A stretch of 64,000 nucleotides of DNA, taken from NCBI GenBank assembly GCA_965644295.1, contig CBFFRP010000044.1, forward strand, positions 1 through 64,000, in the 5' to 3' direction. The notes under the pieces were generated by a model, which had not been told where the DNA came from, did not search any database, and worked only from the letters and a program-made list of their open reading frames with translations. This document shows positions 59,701-64,000 of the stretch, piece by piece; within the stretch, counting starts at the first letter, position 1, and the number at the start of each line of letters is the position of its first letter. Source of the DNA: Paraphysomonas bandaiensis. Lineage: Eukaryota > Protista > Chrysophyceae. The position numbers and the translations under genes were made by a program.

Positions 59701-60853
59701 TGCCAGTGCAGAAGGCTGGGCCGTAGGCTGCTTCTGTAGTTGTGGGGACATGGGTTTCGAAGTGCTAACAGAAGGTTCAATTGGGACCGCCGGTGTTGAA
59801 GTTGTAGGAGCCGTCGTCGCAGCAGGCATAGCCGGAGAAGAGTCATGCGTAGTAAGGGGGACAGCTGGCGCTGCATCTTTAGCTGTTTCCATTGGTTCGG
59901 ATGGTACAACAGAAGTGTCCACGGGTACTGCAGGTGCTGCCTTGGCATCCTCTTCGTCTGAAGAGCTTTCTTCGAATTCTGGGAACTCTTTGTCTCTTCT
60001 TTTTACCACCACGACCTCCTCCACCTTGGGGGCTTTGTAACCCCGCTTGAAAGGAGGTTCTGTCGTTGGAGGGGTGTGCTTCGGCTTCTTCGGATCCACT
60101 TCTTCCTCCAAAGGAGGGGGGGCACGGCCTTTGCCTGGAGGTGGTCGAGTGGGTCTCGGCGGCACGCGTGTGCTCGGAGGCAAAGTCTGCGGTGGTAGTG
60201 GCTTGCCCTCTGGAATTCCACCTGGTGGCCCAGATGGAGGAGGTGGACGGCCAGCCTTGGGATCTTTTTTCTCAGCTGGTGGAGGTGGAGCGGACTTCTT
60301 CTCGTTCGGGTCCGCTTCGAACATTGAGATGGCGCCTTCTTTCTTGGTAGGCTTGAGAGTAAACTTTGGAGGAGCTGCACCTTTGCGACCAGCTTCGATG
60401 ATACCTGTTTTCGTATCAGGTTCGAACTCTGCTGGCTGATAGCTAGGAGTAAAGCCTCTTCCTGGAGGTGGGCCTCGACCAGGAGGTCCAGAAGCCTGCA
60501 CTTTGTCTTCTGGAGACGCAGCAGGAGCAAAAGATAATCCTTTTGATGGACTAATTGCTTTAATATTTTCAACTGCAGGTCTATGCGCAGTGTTGGCTAA
60601 GTCACGTGGAGGAGGTGCCATTGGAGGTGGCTTGAGCTTCATGGCCCCTGCATTAGGTGGTGGTCGAGGAGGAGGTCCTGCAGGCTTCTTAATTTCACCA
60701 ATACCCCTTACAGCTTGAGCCGCTATAGCATATAACATAAGTATATATATACATATATATTAGATTGATTTACTTACGGGGTGGTGCTCTTGGTTGTGGA
60801 GGACCACGTGGAGGTGGTCCTCTTGGCCTAGCAGGAGGTCTTGGGCCACTCAT
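56737..60853 (-). CDS. Large Ca2+-binding protein: Pro-rich N-terminus, three C2 domains, calmodulin-like and calcineurin-B-like EF hands
   Basis: C2 motifs RVDPYIRFKLG, QHPYVQMALG..GGRDPYFAE, LDPFVNFTL..GGMDPVW; EF loops DLDKNNFIGASE, DIDGDGQVSFDE, DPERSGKVDFRE, DEDKTGYISLNE; first exon ATG at 60853. Confidence 0.88.
59397..59570. repeat. 36-bp coding tandem repeat (PQPMQTQPSADK, ~5 copies)
   Basis: Repeated tgtggcttg.ccgcag.agg units. Confidence 0.9.
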
Positions 60854-61289
60854 ATATTATAACTACTCTAATGACATGATATATACATATATATATATGA
60901 TGATGAGGATCTATGTGTCTTAAGTGTGTATGTATGTGTATGTATGTATATATAGAGAGGAGAGCAGTTTTAAGTTACGTTATTATATCATCGCTATCCT
61001 GCTGCTGGTGATGGGGAAAATTGTGTGACAAGAGTGACAAGGGTGTGTGTACTGCTGTACAGAGTACGTACAGTTGTACGTTATTATAGTGTAATGGTAC
61101 TCTTGTACTGTACAGCAGTACACTGTATTATATAGTACAAAGTACCATTATCCACTCATATACTGCTGTACTTGCAAGTGTGTACAATTGCCCACAGTGG
61201 TACAGTACATACCATTGTCCACAGCAGTACAGTACTATTGTCCACACATGTACAGCAGTACTTATAAGTGGACCATCATCCAGAGCAGT

Positions 61290-61434
61290 ATCGTATCGGT
61301 AGTTCATTTTTCGGGAATAAATTGAAGCAAATGTAGTCTATATTACTGCAATACAACTACAGCTAGAATACATATAATTGTTGTTTCAATAATAGAGGTA
61401 TCTTTGAACAAAAATACACAAAGGATGTCCATAC
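61290..61434 (-). mobile_element. ~150-bp MITE-like repeat family, copy 6 (diverged)
   Basis: tcgtatcggtag...ttcgggaataaattgaagcaaa...tctttgaacaaaaatacacaaaggatg. Confidence 0.8.
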
Positions 61435-62364
61435 AATATATACAATAATCCATACATAGTCCATCATGGCTGTGAATAGTAACACTTAAGCCTTATCTAA
61501 GTGTTCTTACTAGCTACCTATAAGTATTCATTCACAAAACAGAAAATGTGAAAACAGGTGGTGCCCACTTACTGTTTTTGTTAGTATAGACATGATTCTA
61601 TGCAATGTACAAGTGTATGATACAACTACTGTGTATATATGTATAGACTAATAGATTAATAACTTTGATATTAGTGATAGAGAGTGATAAGGTCACATAT
61701 ACGAATAAAGAATCGATAATAAGACATTATGATCGAACAGAGTTGAAACTGTGCCCCGTTGACTACAATTGAAGTGTAAGAGCAGCCCACAGTAATGAGG
61801 ATAATGAAGCACTATAATAGTTGAATAAGGAAAATATATACATCACATGGGTGTATCTGCCATATGTTACATGTTACACTCTATGAATACATCAATGCAT
61901 AGGATAGAGTGAAGGATATTATAGCTCAATTGAAACGTTTTACTAATGACACAGCAATCACATAAGTCTATTGCTGTAACCAGTGAATTATTAATTGAAA
62001 CGTTATGCTGATGTCTATGTATATGAATAAAAAATGAGGGAAGTATTACTGATGCTAACCTCGATTGAAATTAGGCATATATTTAAATTTGTGACGCGTA
62101 GGGCTTGGTATACAACTAACTTGAGTCGTTGGGACTATGTATATGCTCCACCAATCAACTATCGCAGATTCAAACAAAAACGCAATAAATCAAAAAGGAA
62201 TTAGGATTCCACACTTCAATACCATTTGACTGCTTTATTAAGTCGCATATATAGCACTTTAACTCTGCAGTTCTCAGTACATTCACAATAGAGTATCTAA
62301 CGCAATCCAAATAATACTGGTTGCTAACATTTTAAGTTATTTCATACCTCGCCAACAGTATAAT

Positions 62365-64000
62365 CTAGCGCTCTTCCCAGTTGACATATTTCAATGCGAT
62401 AAGCACAGCAGCGGCGAAGATAGCTGTGAAAATTGGAATCACAGAAAGGCAGTAGTCTCTGCTGTATGAATCAAATCCCAACTCATCGATAAAGTAGTCA
62501 CCATTCTCTAGATCTTCGTTTCCACTGAATTCGTTGAGGACCATAGCTTGGAAAGCGAAACGCATGAAAGACACGTATGGAGCCCAGCAACGTAGCCATA
62601 GAGGGAAAGTTGGGATGTATACGATAAAACCAGCAAATACAACTGTGATGAAAAGACTTACTGGGAAGAAGTTAATAGCCGCCTGACCTGTAGGTGCAAG
62701 CGCTGCGATAGTCTGACAGCAGAAAAGGCCAGTCCAGGAGCTAAGCAAGAGAGCAAGGAAAAATGGACCGAAGTGTCCATCTACAAACCCACACATCGAA
62801 TATGCAATGGCACTAAACACGAGCACATTCAAGATCCCTTGTGGCAGTTGCAGGTAGAACGAAGATATCCAGTACGGAAAAGCACCATACGCCTTGGCTC
62901 CGCGCTCTCTGTAGAACAAAAGCCTATCTTCGAACAGGGCTGGTATAGCTTGTTGGTGACCAAGAATCATAAACATGATTGCAAAAAACATAACAGCGAG
63001 GCGCTCAGTATAGTCTTCATCTCCAAGCTTCCAGAAAATAGATCCGTAGAAAAGGGCAACAAAAATGTGACTATATATTCAATATCAAACAGACTCCAAC
63101 AACAATACAATAATTATACAATACATTCATACCCATGTAATATGAAAAGAAAATTAAAGAAGACAATATACAAATCATTCAATCTTACCGCATAAATGTT
63201 GCGACGGTGGTTCTCGGCTGCTTGACCGTTTTGACAAACACTCTTTCCATAAGGACGTAAAGTTGGTGCTGAGTGGAGGTCGGGTATTCACTGATATCGT
63301 CATCCTGGGTTGCTCCTGCGTCCCCAACAGCAGCAATATCCATGGCAATCATAGTGTCAATATTTTCCATAAACACACGACAGAGCTCTCCACCGGCATA
63401 ATACGACGCCAGCTCTGAACCAGTGATAAACTTTCCATTTCCAGCTGCTGTGAACGATCCACCAACTGAAATCACAAAGTCAGCCGGGTTGGTACCTCGG
63501 ACATAGGGGAACTGGTAGGGTGATGTTGTGAAGTAGTTTACTACATCTCTAGCAGGGCCGAAATAGATAACACGTCCTTCAGCCAGTAGAAGAAGTTTAT
63601 CAAATAGGAAGTAGGTGATCGGTGATGGTTGGTGGATAGTGCAAATAATAGTTCTATTTTGGTTTGCAAGATTTCTCACAGCCGCCATTACTTCATATGC
63701 AATTGAACTATCCAGACCAGTAGTAGGTTCTATATTGACGATTATTAAAATCAGCGAAGCAAAACACTCAAACTTACCATCCAAAAATATCAAATCTGGA
63801 AGATTTATAATTTCAACACCAATTGACAGGCGCTTCATCTGTCCTCCAGAGATGCCACGAATGTACTCATTGCCGACAATCGTACCGGCATGTTCAGTCA
63901 GACCAAGCATATCCATGATCTTGTTCACGCGCGCATTACGCTTCTTAGTGTCAAATTTTTTCTCATCCATACGGAGACGAGCGGCGTATGTAAGTGTCTG
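62365..64000 (-). CDS. ABCG (White-type) transporter, 3' part
   Basis: RGISGGQMKRLSIGVE, LIFLD|EPTTGLDS, ICTIHQPS, NPADF, FYRERGAKAY and an ABC2 membrane domain; the 5' end lies beyond the window. Confidence 0.95.

Noticed and set aside
57131-60718. Many plus-strand ORFs opposite the C2/EF-hand gene (likewise 12060-12836 opposite ADAT1)
   Set aside because: They are antisense shadows of real coding sequence with no motifs.

Overview
AT-rich eukaryotic genomic DNA with short GT-AG introns; a degenerate 18S rDNA fragment looks stramenopile (chrysophyte-like). About 17 host genes can be read: an EF-hand protein, TMEM184-like, ADAT1-like, a CFPHC-motif protein, PEX14-PUB, PCBD, a Kir channel, a DUF1254-like protein, OGFOD2-like, a minimal Qc-SNARE, TRAF-like, TFB2/GTF2H4, a MAPK-type DUSP, potato inhibitor I, a C2/EF-hand protein, a partial ABCG and two hypotheticals. 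There is also one tRNA-Gly(CCC). Intergenic DNA holds many mobile-element relics: a hAT MITE with an 8-bp TSD, hAT transposase relics, a copia RNase H fragment, a 150-bp promoter-associated MITE family and a large fold-back inverted repeat. The most striking feature is at the left edge (1..~5900, minus strand). It is the 5' part of an apparent non-LTR retrotransposon with a Cys/His-rich 54-aa repeat array and two OTU-like cysteine-protease domains. A second frame, absent from the ORF track because it runs off the window, encodes a SET domain directly upstream of an APE-type endonuclease, so the element may carry its own chromatin-modifying enzymes. All domain calls are motif recognition by eye, not database searches.
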